DNA of 64,000 nucleotides from Alteromonadaceae bacterium (GTDB lineage: Bacteria > Pseudomonadota > Gammaproteobacteria > Enterobacterales > Alteromonadaceae): NCBI GenBank assembly GCA_042091475.1, contig JBELHI010000002.1:606-64605 (forward strand), read 5' to 3'. The stretch's first letter is position 1. Each line of letters begins with the position of its first letter. Below, piece after piece: positions 22,918 through 31,548 of this stretch. The notes below the pieces were generated by a model that was given only the letters and a program-made list of their open reading frames with translations, did no database searches and was not told the origin of the DNA. The position numbers and the translations under genes are program-made.

Positions 22918-24063
22918 ATGAGTCAACGCTTATTTACCTCTGAGTCAGTATCAGAAGGTCATCCAGATAAAATCGCCGATCAGATTTCTGATGCCGTGTT
23001 AGATGCCATCCTAGAACAAGATCCAACCGCCCGTGTCGCCTGTGAAAGTTTTGTCAAAACAGGTATGGTGATGGTTGCTGGTGAAGTCACCACCTCAGCG
23101 TGGGTGGATATTGAAGAAATTACCCGTCAAACCGTCAGAGAAATAGGTTACACGCACTCAGATATGGGCTTTGATGCTGACTCATGTGCTGTTCTCAATG
23201 CCATTGGTAAACAATCACCTGACATCAACCAGGGTGTAGATCGCGAAAGTCCAGAAGCTCAAGGCGCCGGCGATCAAGGATTAATGTTTGGCTACGCATC
23301 AAACGAAACTGATGTATTAATGCCAGCGCCTGTGACTTATTCTCATCGTTTAGTTAAACGTCAGGCAGAGGTTAGAAAAAACGGCAGCCTACCTTGGTTG
23401 CGTCCTGACGCAAAAAGCCAAGTGACCTTCTTATATGAAAACGACAAACCCGTTGCCATTGACGCCGTGGTTTTGTCGACCCAGCATTGTGACACCATCA
23501 GCACAAAAGATCTGCAAGAAGCTGTGATGGAAGAAATCATCAAGCCGGTATTGCCTAGCAACCTATTGTTACCGAGCACCAAATTCTTTATTAACCCCAC
23601 GGGTAGATTCGTCATTGGCGGACCTATGGGTGATTGTGGATTAACCGGTCGTAAAATTATTGTCGATACATACGGTGGCATGGCTCGTCACGGTGGTGGC
23701 GCATTCTCAGGTAAGGATCCTTCAAAAGTTGATCGTTCAGCCGCTTACGCAGGTCGTTACGTGGCAAAAAATATTGTCGCAGCGGGATTAGCTGAACGTT
23801 GTGAAATCCAAATTTCCTACGCAATAGGGGTTGCCGAACCAACGTCCATCAGTATTGACACCTTTGGAACAGGTAAAGTCAGTGAAGCAACCCTCATTGA
23901 TTTGGTTAAACGTCATTTTGATTTACGCCCCTACGGATTGATTAAAATGCTGGATTTGGAACGTCCTATTTATCAACCTACCGCGGCCTATGGTCATTTT
24001 GGCCGTGATGACTTCCCGTGGGAAAGCACAAAGCTTGCAGCGACCCTAGCTGCTGACGTGTAA
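22918..24063 (+). CDS. metK: S-adenosylmethionine synthase
   Basis: 381 aa. [33 protein letters not shown]. Confidence 0.97.
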   Translation: MSQRLFTSESVSEGHPDKIADQISDAVLDAILEQDPTARVACESFVKTGMVMVAGEVTTSAWVDIEEITRQTVREIGYTHSDMGFDADSCAVLNAIGKQSPDINQGVDRESPEAQGAGDQGLMFGYASNETDVLMPAPVTYSHRLVKRQAEVRKNGSLPWLRPDAKSQVTFLYENDKPVAIDAVVLSTQHCDTISTKDLQEAVMEEIIKPVLPSNLLLPSTKFFINPTGRFVIGGPMGDCGLTGRKIIVDTYGGMARHGGGAFSGKDPSKVDRSAAYAGRYVAKNIVAAGLAERCEIQISYAIGVAEPTSISIDTFGTGKVSEATLIDLVKRHFDLRPYGLIKMLDLERPIYQPTAAYGHFGRDDFPWESTKLAATLAADV

Positions 24064-24080
24064 GCTTATTCAAGTACGGT

Positions 24081-24108
24081 AAAAGCCAGCGATAACGCTG
24101 GCTTTTTT
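24081..24108 (+). terminator. rho-independent terminator of metK
   Basis: AAAAGCCAGCG-ataa-CGCTGGCTTTTTT. Confidence 0.75.
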
Positions 24109-24184
24109 GTTTCTATATCAGCCACATTGGGCTACATTATTGATATTAAACAGCGTCCCCCATTAGACTACTTAAGGATCTATC

Positions 24185-24979
24185 ATGTTATTGCGTTATG
24201 TTATTATTTTTACCCTTTTTACAGGCTTAATAACCGCATGTAGCCAGTCTCCTACGGGCAGAAACCAATTTAAACTGTATTCCTCCCAATCAATGCAACA
24301 AATGGGCAGCCAAGCATTTTTGCAAATGAAAGACCAAACACCGGCAACAGCAAACAAAATCTATAATAAGGAAGTCGCTTGTATCGCCGAAGCCATGCTC
24401 CCTCATGTTCCTTCATCTATTTACAATGGCCGGTGGGAGTATGTTGTATTTGATGATAAGCAAGTTAATGCATTTGCTCTGCCTGGCGGGAAAATTGGTG
24501 TATATACTGGTTTAATAGAGTTGGCTGAAACATCGGCACAACTGGCCGCAGTTATTGGCCATGAAATTGGTCATGTCATTGCTGATCACAGCAACGAGAG
24601 ATTATCAAGTGATACCGTGATTGCCCAAGGCATGCAGGTGGCAGATAAATTACTGACAAACAACAAAGTATCCTACAGCGAAGGCGTGATGGCTGGGCTT
24701 GGACTAGGTCTGCAAATGGGCGTCAAATTACCGTTCAGTAGAACCCATGAAACAGAGGCTGATATTATTGGCTTAAATTTAATGGCAAAAGCAGGCTTTG
24801 ACCCAAGAGACGCTATCCGTCTGTGGCAACTGATGGATCGCAACAGCCAAGGTCAACGCCAGCCTGAGTTTCTCTCAACCCACCCTAGTCCGCAAAGCCG
24901 CATAACTAAAATGCAACAACACATGAATAAAGCCATGGTATTGTACCGCAATGCAAAACAGCGGCCTCGGTGTAGCTAG
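24185..24979 (+). CDS. M48 family zinc metallopeptidase lipoprotein (LoiP/YcaL-like)
   Basis: Lipobox LITAC. HEIGH zinc motif (IGHEIGHVIADH). Downstream E.EAD motif. Confidence 0.8.
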   Translation: MLLRYVIIFTLFTGLITACSQSPTGRNQFKLYSSQSMQQMGSQAFLQMKDQTPATANKIYNKEVACIAEAMLPHVPSSIYNGRWEYVVFDDKQVNAFALPGGKIGVYTGLIELAETSAQLAAVIGHEIGHVIADHSNERLSSDTVIAQGMQVADKLLTNNKVSYSEGVMAGLGLGLQMGVKLPFSRTHETEADIIGLNLMAKAGFDPRDAIRLWQLMDRNSQGQRQPEFLSTHPSPQSRITKMQQHMNKAMVLYRNAKQRPRCS

Positions 24980-25089
24980 TGCATAGCAAAAAAGACATCA
25001 TTGGCTAAAATAACTTTATTCAGGAACTATTCAGTTTTCTGTGACACACTGTATTAACAGTGATATTTAACATAAGCGAAGGAAATTGT

Positions 25090-25734
25090 ATGAAATCGAT
25101 AATCACAGCAGCCATAGTTTCAAGTTCATTAATTGTTACTGGCTGTGCCAGTACAAATGCCGAAAAAGGTGCGGCTATCGGCGCTGTTTTGGGTGCCATT
25201 GCTGGTAAAGGAACTGGTGACCATGACAAGAGTCGTTACGTTTGGGGGGCTGCTCTTGGCGCCATTGCAGGTGGTGCTGTGGGTGGGTATATGGACAAGC
25301 AGGAGGAAGAGTTCCGCGCACAACTAGCCGATAGTGGCGTACAGGTTGTCCGTCAAGGTAATGATATATTTCTACAGATGCCCGGTGATATCACTTTTGC
25401 CACCAACAGTTCACGAATCTCATCAGATTTTTATCCTGTGTTAGATGATGTGGCCAATATCCTTCGCAAATACGACAAGACATTACTGCAAATAGAGGGC
25501 CACACCGATAGCACAGGAAGCAATCAGTTAAACCAGAACTTATCAGAGTCTCGTGCCAATAGTGTCCGAAACTATCTTTCACAACAACAAGTCTACAGCC
25601 AACGCATACGTACTTACGGATATGGAGAAAGTAGCCCCATTGCTAATAATCAAACCGCACAAGGACGAGCAAAAAACCGTCGTGTAGAGTTACGCATCAT
25701 CCCAAATGAACAGAGTAACCAAAACCGCACTTAA
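25090..25734 (+). CDS. OmpA-family lipoprotein with glycine-zipper (YiaD-like)
   Basis: ATG at 25090. Lipobox VTGC. Gly-zipper GAAIGAVLGAIAG. OmpA_C motifs (GHTDSTGS...N..LS..RA..V, NRRVEL). Resembles E. coli YiaD. Confidence 0.82.
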   Translation: MKSIITAAIVSSSLIVTGCASTNAEKGAAIGAVLGAIAGKGTGDHDKSRYVWGAALGAIAGGAVGGYMDKQEEEFRAQLADSGVQVVRQGNDIFLQMPGDITFATNSSRISSDFYPVLDDVANILRKYDKTLLQIEGHTDSTGSNQLNQNLSESRANSVRNYLSQQQVYSQRIRTYGYGESSPIANNQTAQGRAKNRRVELRIIPNEQSNQNRT

Positions 25735-25846
25735 ACATGATTGCCATCAAGCCAACTCTTATACCATCCCAAGAGTTGGCTAACTGAGGTTAACTCGTGA
25801 TACACTTCACCGCTCAACCATCAATACAAAAAAGCACAGCCAAATT

Positions 25847-26575
25847 ATGAGAATTCCTAGAATTTTTGTTGATTCCCCCCTAGCAGTAGAACAGGTCATC
25901 GCCCTCGGCGATGACGCCGTAAATCACATTGTCAATGTGCTTAGACTCAAGCAAGGCCACCCTGTCGTGTTATTTAACGGTGATAACAACGAATACTCAG
26001 GTGTTTTGGAAAGCGTGGGGAAACGTCAGGCTGAGGTTTATGTGGATGCCTGTTTGTCAGTTACCGTAGAGTCCCCCCTAGCCATTCACCTAGGTCAGGG
26101 TATCTCTCGTGGTGATCGCATGGACTTTGTATTGCAAAAATCAGTTGAGCTAGGTGTGACGGAAATTACGCCTTTGATTACCGAGCGCTGTGGCGTTAAA
26201 TTGTCACATGAACGCTGGCTTAAAAAGTCCCAACAGTGGCAAAAAATACTGATAGGCGCCTGCGAACAATCCGGTCGCAACACAATACCTGTGCTGCATC
26301 CGCCAACGGAATTCGCCACTTGGATACAACAATCTACTCAACAAACACGAGTGACTCTGCACCCGCGCGCAGAAAAACGTCTACGCGATATTAGACCGAG
26401 TCCTTATGGTTTTAGGCTGTTAATTGGTCCGGAAGGCGGGTTGTCTGAAAAGGAAATTTATCACACCGAAGAATTTGGCTACAGCGAAGGGCTACTGGGT
26501 CCCCGTGTATTGAGAACAGAAACCGCTGCGCTAACCGCAATAAGCGTGTTGCAAAGCCAATACGGTGATTTATAA
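25847..26575 (+). CDS. rsmE: 16S rRNA (uracil1498-N3)-methyltransferase RsmE
   Basis: 242 aa. MRIPRIF... N-terminus and C-terminal GPEGGLSEKE...LGPRVLRTETA. Upstream of gshB, as in E. coli. Confidence 0.88.
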   Translation: MRIPRIFVDSPLAVEQVIALGDDAVNHIVNVLRLKQGHPVVLFNGDNNEYSGVLESVGKRQAEVYVDACLSVTVESPLAIHLGQGISRGDRMDFVLQKSVELGVTEITPLITERCGVKLSHERWLKKSQQWQKILIGACEQSGRNTIPVLHPPTEFATWIQQSTQQTRVTLHPRAEKRLRDIRPSPYGFRLLIGPEGGLSEKEIYHTEEFGYSEGLLGPRVLRTETAALTAISVLQSQYGDL

Positions 26576-26688
26576 AATTCAGCAAGACTAGATTTAAACA
26601 ACACTAGTCTTTAAACTCTTACTTTGCGTAGGTAAATTATTAATTATTCTACTGGCACTCTGTGTCCAACTGTAAACGGAAACTATCT

Positions 26689-27657
26689 GTGAGTATAAAA
26701 TTAGGGATTGTTATGGATCCCATCAGCACTATCAATATTCAAAAAGACACCAGTTTTGCGATGTTAGAAGAAGCGCAACGTCGTGGCTATGAGTTGTACT
26801 ACCTAGAAATGCAGGACTTGTATCTAGATAACGGTCAAGCCATGGGGTTGATGTCATCGCTTAACGTAGTACGTGACAACAAACAGTGGTTTACACTGGG
26901 TGCGCAACAAACACTAGAATTGGGCCAGCTTGATGTGATACTCATGCGCAAAGATCCACCTGTGGACAACGAATTCATTTACGCCACGCACATGTTAGAG
27001 CTTGCCGAGCAGCATGGAACGTTAGTGGTAAATAAGGCACAAAGCCTGAGAGACTTTAACGAGAAATTATTCACCGCATGGTTCCCAGAACTTACTCCAG
27101 CAACCTTAGTGACTCGCAACAAAGCACAAGTGAAAGCATTTCATCAACAACATCAAGATATTATATGTAAACCTCTTGATGGCATGGGCGGCGCGTCTAT
27201 TTTTCGTATCAAGCCTGATGGTAATAACCTTGGCGTGGTTACAGAAATACTGACCCAGTATGGTACTGAATATGCTATGTTTCAGGAGTACCTACCAGCC
27301 ATAAAAGACGGCGACAAACGTATCCTTATTATTGATGGCGAAGTAGTTCCTTACTGCCTTGCGAGACTGCCTACGGGCACTGAGGTTCGTGGTAACTTGG
27401 CTGCGGGTGGCACGGGCAGGCCACAACCCATTAGTGATAGTGATCGCAAAATTGCTGAAGCTATAGCGCCAACGCTGGTTGAAAAGGGCTTAATGTTTGT
27501 TGGCTTGGATGTGATTGGCGACCGAGTCACCGAGATAAATGTTACCAGCCCCACCTGCGTGCAAGAGATCACTAACGCATTTGATGTGGACATCACGGGT
27601 ATGTTATTCAATGCCATTGAGCGTAAGCTCAGTATTAGTAAACAGAGAACCACATAA
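26689..27657 (+). CDS. gshB: glutathione synthetase
   Basis: The GTG at 26689 gives (M)SIKLGIVMDPISTINIQKDTSFAMLEEAQRRG, which aligns with the E. coli GshB N-terminus MIKLGIVMDPI. The ATG at 26713 is an alternative start. Confidence 0.9.
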   Translation: MSIKLGIVMDPISTINIQKDTSFAMLEEAQRRGYELYYLEMQDLYLDNGQAMGLMSSLNVVRDNKQWFTLGAQQTLELGQLDVILMRKDPPVDNEFIYATHMLELAEQHGTLVVNKAQSLRDFNEKLFTAWFPELTPATLVTRNKAQVKAFHQQHQDIICKPLDGMGGASIFRIKPDGNNLGVVTEILTQYGTEYAMFQEYLPAIKDGDKRILIIDGEVVPYCLARLPTGTEVRGNLAAGGTGRPQPISDSDRKIAEAIAPTLVEKGLMFVGLDVIGDRVTEINVTSPTCVQEITNAFDVDITGMLFNAIERKLSISKQRTT

Positions 27658-28215
27658 ATGACCAGTTTAAAAAATCACTTTCTGATTGCCATGCCGAGTC
27701 TCCAAGATCCCCACTTCAAGCGTTCGGTGACCTACATCTGTGAGCACGACGAAAATGGTGCCATGGGTATTGTTATCAACAAACCCTCTAACATGACATT
27801 AAAAGAAGTACTAAATCAGGTTGACGAATCAATTGTAGTGACAGAAGAGAAGTCTGACCTTCGAGTTGTATTGGGTGGGCCGGTGAGCCCAGACCGAGGT
27901 TTTATTGTACACAGCCCACAACCGGGTTGGAGCGCGAGTATTGATGTCACAGACGATATTACAGTGACGACATCCAAGGATATATTGGCCGTACTGGGTA
28001 ATGATAAATCTCCCAAAGATATACTAGTAGCGTTAGGTTATTCGGGCTGGGAGCCGGGTCAACTAGAAGAAGAGTTGAAAGACAATTCGTGGCTAGCAAT
28101 AGAAGCAAATACATCATTAATGTTTGATACCCCCTTGGCTGACCGTTGGCAAGTCGCCCTAAAGACATTGGGTATTGAAATCCACCAGCTCACCCCCTCA
28201 GGTGGGTGCGCATAA
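27658..28215 (+). CDS. yqgE: YqgE/AlgH family protein
   Basis: 185 aa. LKNHFLIAMPSLQDPHFKRSVTYICEH. Starts directly after the gshB stop. Confidence 0.88.
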   Translation: MTSLKNHFLIAMPSLQDPHFKRSVTYICEHDENGAMGIVINKPSNMTLKEVLNQVDESIVVTEEKSDLRVVLGGPVSPDRGFIVHSPQPGWSASIDVTDDITVTTSKDILAVLGNDKSPKDILVALGYSGWEPGQLEEELKDNSWLAIEANTSLMFDTPLADRWQVALKTLGIEIHQLTPSGGCA

Positions 28216-28245
28216 ACCAATTTCTATTGCAATATGCTTAATATG

Positions 28246-28277
28246 AAAATGGCGATCACCCGATGATCGCCATTTTT
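28246..28277. terminator. bidirectional rho-independent terminator after yqgE
   Basis: AAAATGGCGATCA-cccga-TGATCGCCATTTTT. Confidence 0.7.
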
Positions 28278-28342
28278 ATTTCTGCTTCTTGGTGCAAACC
28301 AGACTGACACATTCACAGCTTATTGTGTCGGTCCACATCCAT

Positions 28343-28534
28343 TCACTCGTCGATAAATACATCTTCAATAGCGCATTCAAACAATCTTGCTATCTTGAAT
28401 GCAAGGGGCAAACTGGCATCAAACTTACCTTTTTCAATGGCATTGATCGTTTGTCTTGATACCATCAGCTGGTGCGCCAGATCCGCTTGAGTCATTTCGT
28501 GCTTTGCTCTTAATACTTTGAGTGTATTCTTCAT
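28343..28534 (-). CDS. small XRE-family HTH transcriptional regulator (63 aa)
   Basis: MTQADLAHQLMVSRQTINAIEKGKFDASLPLAFKIARLF matches the short Cro/C1-type family (SRQTINAIE.GK.dPSL.LA.KIA). Confidence 0.85.
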   Translation of the reverse strand: MKNTLKVLRAKHEMTQADLAHQLMVSRQTINAIEKGKFDASLPLAFKIARLFECAIEDVFIDE

Positions 28535-28938
28535 TAATATTTTCTCTTTTCATTGATCAATGCCAACAAAAAAGTCACGCACAAAATCACAACTAGATGA
28601 GCAATATCAGCCTCCGAATTAGGAAATAGTAAGGTTTGTATCAAGCCATAAATATTCAAACCAACCAAGGTAAATCCAAAAGTCACCGTGCTCGCCTTGT
28701 AATAAACTAACCTATCTAAATCATCCCAATCACGCATCACATGTATTAGCGTTAATATCATCTTAATCCCCAACCCACTGGTGAGTACGATTAAACTTAT
28801 GGATAACCATGTCTGCATTTCAGGGACTAATTCATTAGAAAATCTGGCTACGGCAAAACTTATTAACCAAATAAACGTCCAAATTTTTATCCGTTTTTCA
28901 CCGATTCTACGTTGTACTGTATAACTATCTGTTTGCAT
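28534..28938 (-). CDS. 4-TM membrane protein co-transcribed with the XRE regulator
   Basis: 134 aa with four hydrophobic segments. Its stop overlaps the regulator start (TAATG), which implies translational coupling. Confidence 0.55.
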   Translation of the reverse strand: MQTDSYTVQRRIGEKRIKIWTFIWLISFAVARFSNELVPEMQTWLSISLIVLTSGLGIKMILTLIHVMRDWDDLDRLVYYKASTVTFGFTLVGLNIYGLIQTLLFPNSEADIAHLVVILCVTFLLALINEKRKY

Positions 28939-28972
28939 GTCTGAATCCTTTTACATTGTTACTATCCAACTG

Positions 28973-29023
28973 AAAGTCAAGTTAACTTTACTTCAACCAA
29001 AATAAAAGTCAAGCAAGCTTTAC
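28973..29023. promoter_or_regulatory. two 19-bp direct repeats upstream of the membrane-protein/XRE operon (candidate operator)
   Basis: AAAGTCAAGTTAACTTTAC (28973-28991) and AAAGTCAAGCAAGCTTTAC (29005-29023) share 16 of 19 positions. Their starts are 32 bp apart. They lie 35-85 bp upstream of the ATG at 28938. Confidence 0.3.
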
Positions 29024-29181
29024 ATAAAGAGTGGTTTTATTTACTTTTATTCAAAGGGCAGCGTAGATTACACTGCTAGTAGCAATACAGGCTGACTTTC
29101 ACTTAGCAAGAAAAATGAATGGCCCCGCGCAATAAGCAAATACAGTCAACATCAGTAATAATAATTGTTTTTCAAATACTG

Positions 29182-29211
29182 CCCTTGAAAGTAAACATTT
29201 AATCCCTACTT
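29182..29211 (+). promoter_or_regulatory. sigma-32 (RpoH)-type promoter of ibpA
   Basis: CCCTTGAAA (29182-29190), a 13-nt spacer, then CCCTACTT (29204-29211). Consistent with the CCCTTGAA / CCCCATNT heat-shock consensus. Confidence 0.5.
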
Positions 29212-29217
29212 CTTAAA

Positions 29218-29301
29218 GTGTGATGCCTGATAACAGGATCACCTTTTAACCGCCGCCAATTTTTGGGGCAAAAAATATTATTGCTTTATGAGGATATAAA
29301 C
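29218..29301 (+). promoter_or_regulatory. ibpA 5-prime UTR with 5-prime hairpin and ROSE-like SD-masking hairpin (candidate RNA thermometer)
   Basis: Hairpin 1 pairs GTGATGCCTG with CAGGATCAC (29220-29242). Hairpin 2 is UAUUGCU-UUAUG-AGGAUA (29279-29296). In it, UUGCU pairs with the SD AGGA and leaves a bulged G. Confidence 0.35.
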
Positions 29302-29745
29302 ATGCGCAATCTAGATCTATCTCCACTTTACCGTTCATTCATTGGCTTTGACCATCTTGCATCCATGATAGATGCAGCCTCTCGCAATGAAAAACAGACC
29401 AGTTACCCACCGTACAATATTGAACTCATTGCTGAAGACAAATACCGTATTACCATGGCAATAGCAGGATTTACAGAAAGCCAAGTAGACATACAAGTAT
29501 TGGAAAATACACTACTGGTATCAGGTAAAAAAACCGAACAAAGCAAGGATTCATCTAAGCAGTTTTTGCATAAAGGTATTTCAGAGCGTGACTTTGAACG
29601 TAAATTCCAACTCGGCGATCACGTCAACGTGTTAGGCGCAGATATGCAAAATGGATTGTTACATATTGACTTAGAGCGCGAGCTGCCTGAGGCCAAAAAG
29701 CCTCGTAAAATTGACATAGGCAAGCATTCAACCATCAATCAGTAA
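29302..29745 (+). CDS. ibpA: small heat shock protein IbpA/IbpB family
   Basis: ATG at 29302 follows GAGGA. MRNLDLSPLYRSFIGFDHL....YPPYNIE....YRITMAIAGF matches the IbpA alpha-crystallin domain. Confidence 0.88.
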   Translation: MRNLDLSPLYRSFIGFDHLASMIDAASRNEKQTSYPPYNIELIAEDKYRITMAIAGFTESQVDIQVLENTLLVSGKKTEQSKDSSKQFLHKGISERDFERKFQLGDHVNVLGADMQNGLLHIDLERELPEAKKPRKIDIGKHSTINQ

Positions 29746-29750
29746 CTGGA

Positions 29751-29781
29751 AATGGATTGAGTGTTTGAGGCGCTCAATCCA
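29751..29781. terminator. hairpin between convergent ibpA and hypothetical gene
   Basis: ATGGATTGAG-11 nt-CTCAATCCAT. Confidence 0.45.
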
Positions 29782-29800
29782 TTCAAACATGAATCAATGA

Positions 29801-30265
29801 CTACGATCCTTTATTGACCTTATGGTCGTTATCACGGCTTGTGAGTAAATTGAGGTCGGGATACTCATCAGTGTTTAACAAGGCATCAATTTTTGATCGC
29901 TGAAGTTTATCGATTGTTTCTTCAGTGTTGGCAGATGAATGCATCGCTTTCTTTTCTTTGGCCATTTGTGAACTACTTTGACGAACACGAGGGGTTACAG
30001 TACTAGATAGCTTTTTTCGTTGCAGTAATCCTGGGCGCGTAAGAGCAAGGATCACAATCACCAATAACGCTAATTGAGTAACACTGTAAATTGCTAAAAT
30101 AACAGTTTGTTTTTCTACAGATAACTGAGCAATTAACGATGACCACTTGTTAAACACCAATTCAATTACGGCAAAAATTGCGAAACACATTAGGCATCGT
30201 AATAATTCTAGTCGGTACCGATAAACCAAGGCGAGCTTGCCCATATTTTTAAATGTAGTCCACAT
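29801..30265 (-). CDS. hypothetical membrane protein (possibly the C-terminal part of a gene split by an in-frame TGA)
   Basis: 154 aa with two hydrophobic helices and a charged tail. No SD before the ATG at 30265. It is in the same frame as the upstream ORF, separated only by TGA-TTT. Confidence 0.35.
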   Translation of the reverse strand: MWTTFKNMGKLALVYRYRLELLRCLMCFAIFAVIELVFNKWSSLIAQLSVEKQTVILAIYSVTQLALLVIVILALTRPGLLQRKKLSSTVTPRVRQSSSQMAKEKKAMHSSANTEETIDKLQRSKIDALLNTDEYPDLNLLTSRDNDHKVNKGS

Positions 30266-30268
30266 AAA

Positions 30269-30535
30269 TCACATTACCGTTATGCCAAATAATGCAGCAA
30301 TGGTAAGCACACCGCGCTGTTTCCATTGCCGAATAATGTCTTTCTCTGTTTCCACAATCAAGTACGCAAGTTCATGCTGTTCCAGCTGCTCAATATCAGT
30401 TCCTCTAAGCAATAATTCTCTTTTAGTACTCTCAACAGCAAGCTTACGCAATTTAGCTTTCAAGGCGTTTGTTATCTTAGTCTTCAACACGTATCTCTCT
30501 TCACCGAATAAACACAGGAACTTATAAAAATACAA
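30269..30535 (-). CDS. hypothetical protein (possibly the N-terminal part of the same split gene)
   Basis: Only TTG or GTG starts are available. It ends in half of a hydrophobic helix (GVLTIAALFGITVM-stop). Confidence 0.3.
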   Translation of the reverse strand: MYFYKFLCLFGEERYVLKTKITNALKAKLRKLAVESTKRELLLRGTDIEQLEQHELAYLIVETEKDIIRQWKQRGVLTIAALFGITVM

Positions 30536-30616
30536 CGACAGTCATTAAGTTATCACAAGATAATAAAAACAAGGTAATTTATAACTAAATTTGAATACTT
30601 GTTTGAATTTATTTTT

Positions 30617-31402
30617 TCAATCACACTGAAGTATTTCTGCCAGTACTGGACTCACGCTATTTATATTATTCAGCGGCGACATATGTCCGCCGTCAATGGC
30701 AATCAATTGACTCCTAGCAACGCTCTCAGTCAGTCTATGGCATAGCTGTTGTGTCACTGTGGGTGATGATAAGCCATAAATAACATTCAAATCACAAGCC
30801 AGTGATACATAATCAGATAGGCGCGTTGGGTCTTCTACCAAGGCTGAAAAATCAGCCATTACTTTTACCGACATGCTAGCCAAATATGTTTGTACTGCCG
30901 TTGGGTAATTGGCATATGCCCCGTCACCATTCCAGAAGTCAATAAACCGCTCAGCAATCTTCTCTTCACTACTTCCTTCAAGCACCTCAAGTAGTGAGGT
31001 AATAGGTTTCAACAAGTCACTAAAAGGGGCTAATAAGTGAAACGATACCGGCTCGTACAAAATTAGCTTATCAACACTAGTTTCAGTATTTTCAATCAAA
31101 TATTTTGCTAACTTTAGCCCAACCGCACCGCCAAATGAGTGACCAACAATAGACAATTCAGACACACCGTAGTCAGTAAGAATGTCGATAATACGTTTAA
31201 CTTCCGTGTCCAAGGAATAGTCCTTAAATGGGATATTAGCCGCTGTTCCGTAACCACATAGATCAATGGTCAAAACTCGATAGTGGGTTTGTAACATCTC
31301 AAAGTAAGGTTTCCACTGACTACTGCTGCTCATTGAACTGTGCAATAAAACAACGCATGGCTTGTTACACTCGCCAACAAGTGTTGCACCTGTCACTGTC
31401 AT
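30617..31402 (-). CDS. alpha/beta-fold hydrolase
   Basis: Nucleophile elbow GHSFGG. HSS oxyanion region (VVLLHSSMSSS). C-terminal DGGH. ATG at 31402. Confidence 0.75.
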   Translation of the reverse strand: MTVTGATLVGECNKPCVVLLHSSMSSSSQWKPYFEMLQTHYRVLTIDLCGYGTAANIPFKDYSLDTEVKRIIDILTDYGVSELSIVGHSFGGAVGLKLAKYLIENTETSVDKLILYEPVSFHLLAPFSDLLKPITSLLEVLEGSSEEKIAERFIDFWNGDGAYANYPTAVQTYLASMSVKVMADFSALVEDPTRLSDYVSLACDLNVIYGLSSPTVTQQLCHRLTESVARSQLIAIDGGHMSPLNNINSVSPVLAEILQCD

Positions 31403-31548
31403 TGAAGCATCTGCCTTTATATACAATTTATAATTACACTATATTAGCATGCCAGATAATCCAAATAGTGATAATCGTCTTATAACAGCGATGTTACTTT
31501 TACAAAATATCGTTATAATCAGCCTAAACCTAATCAACGGGAACCACC

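Noticed and set aside
31427-31548. Possible MetJ boxes or a riboswitch upstream of the Cys/Met PLP enzyme.
   Set aside because: Only weak partial matches are present (AGATAATC, GATAATCG) with no tandem 8-bp phasing. The 122-bp region is too short and unstructured for a SAM riboswitch.
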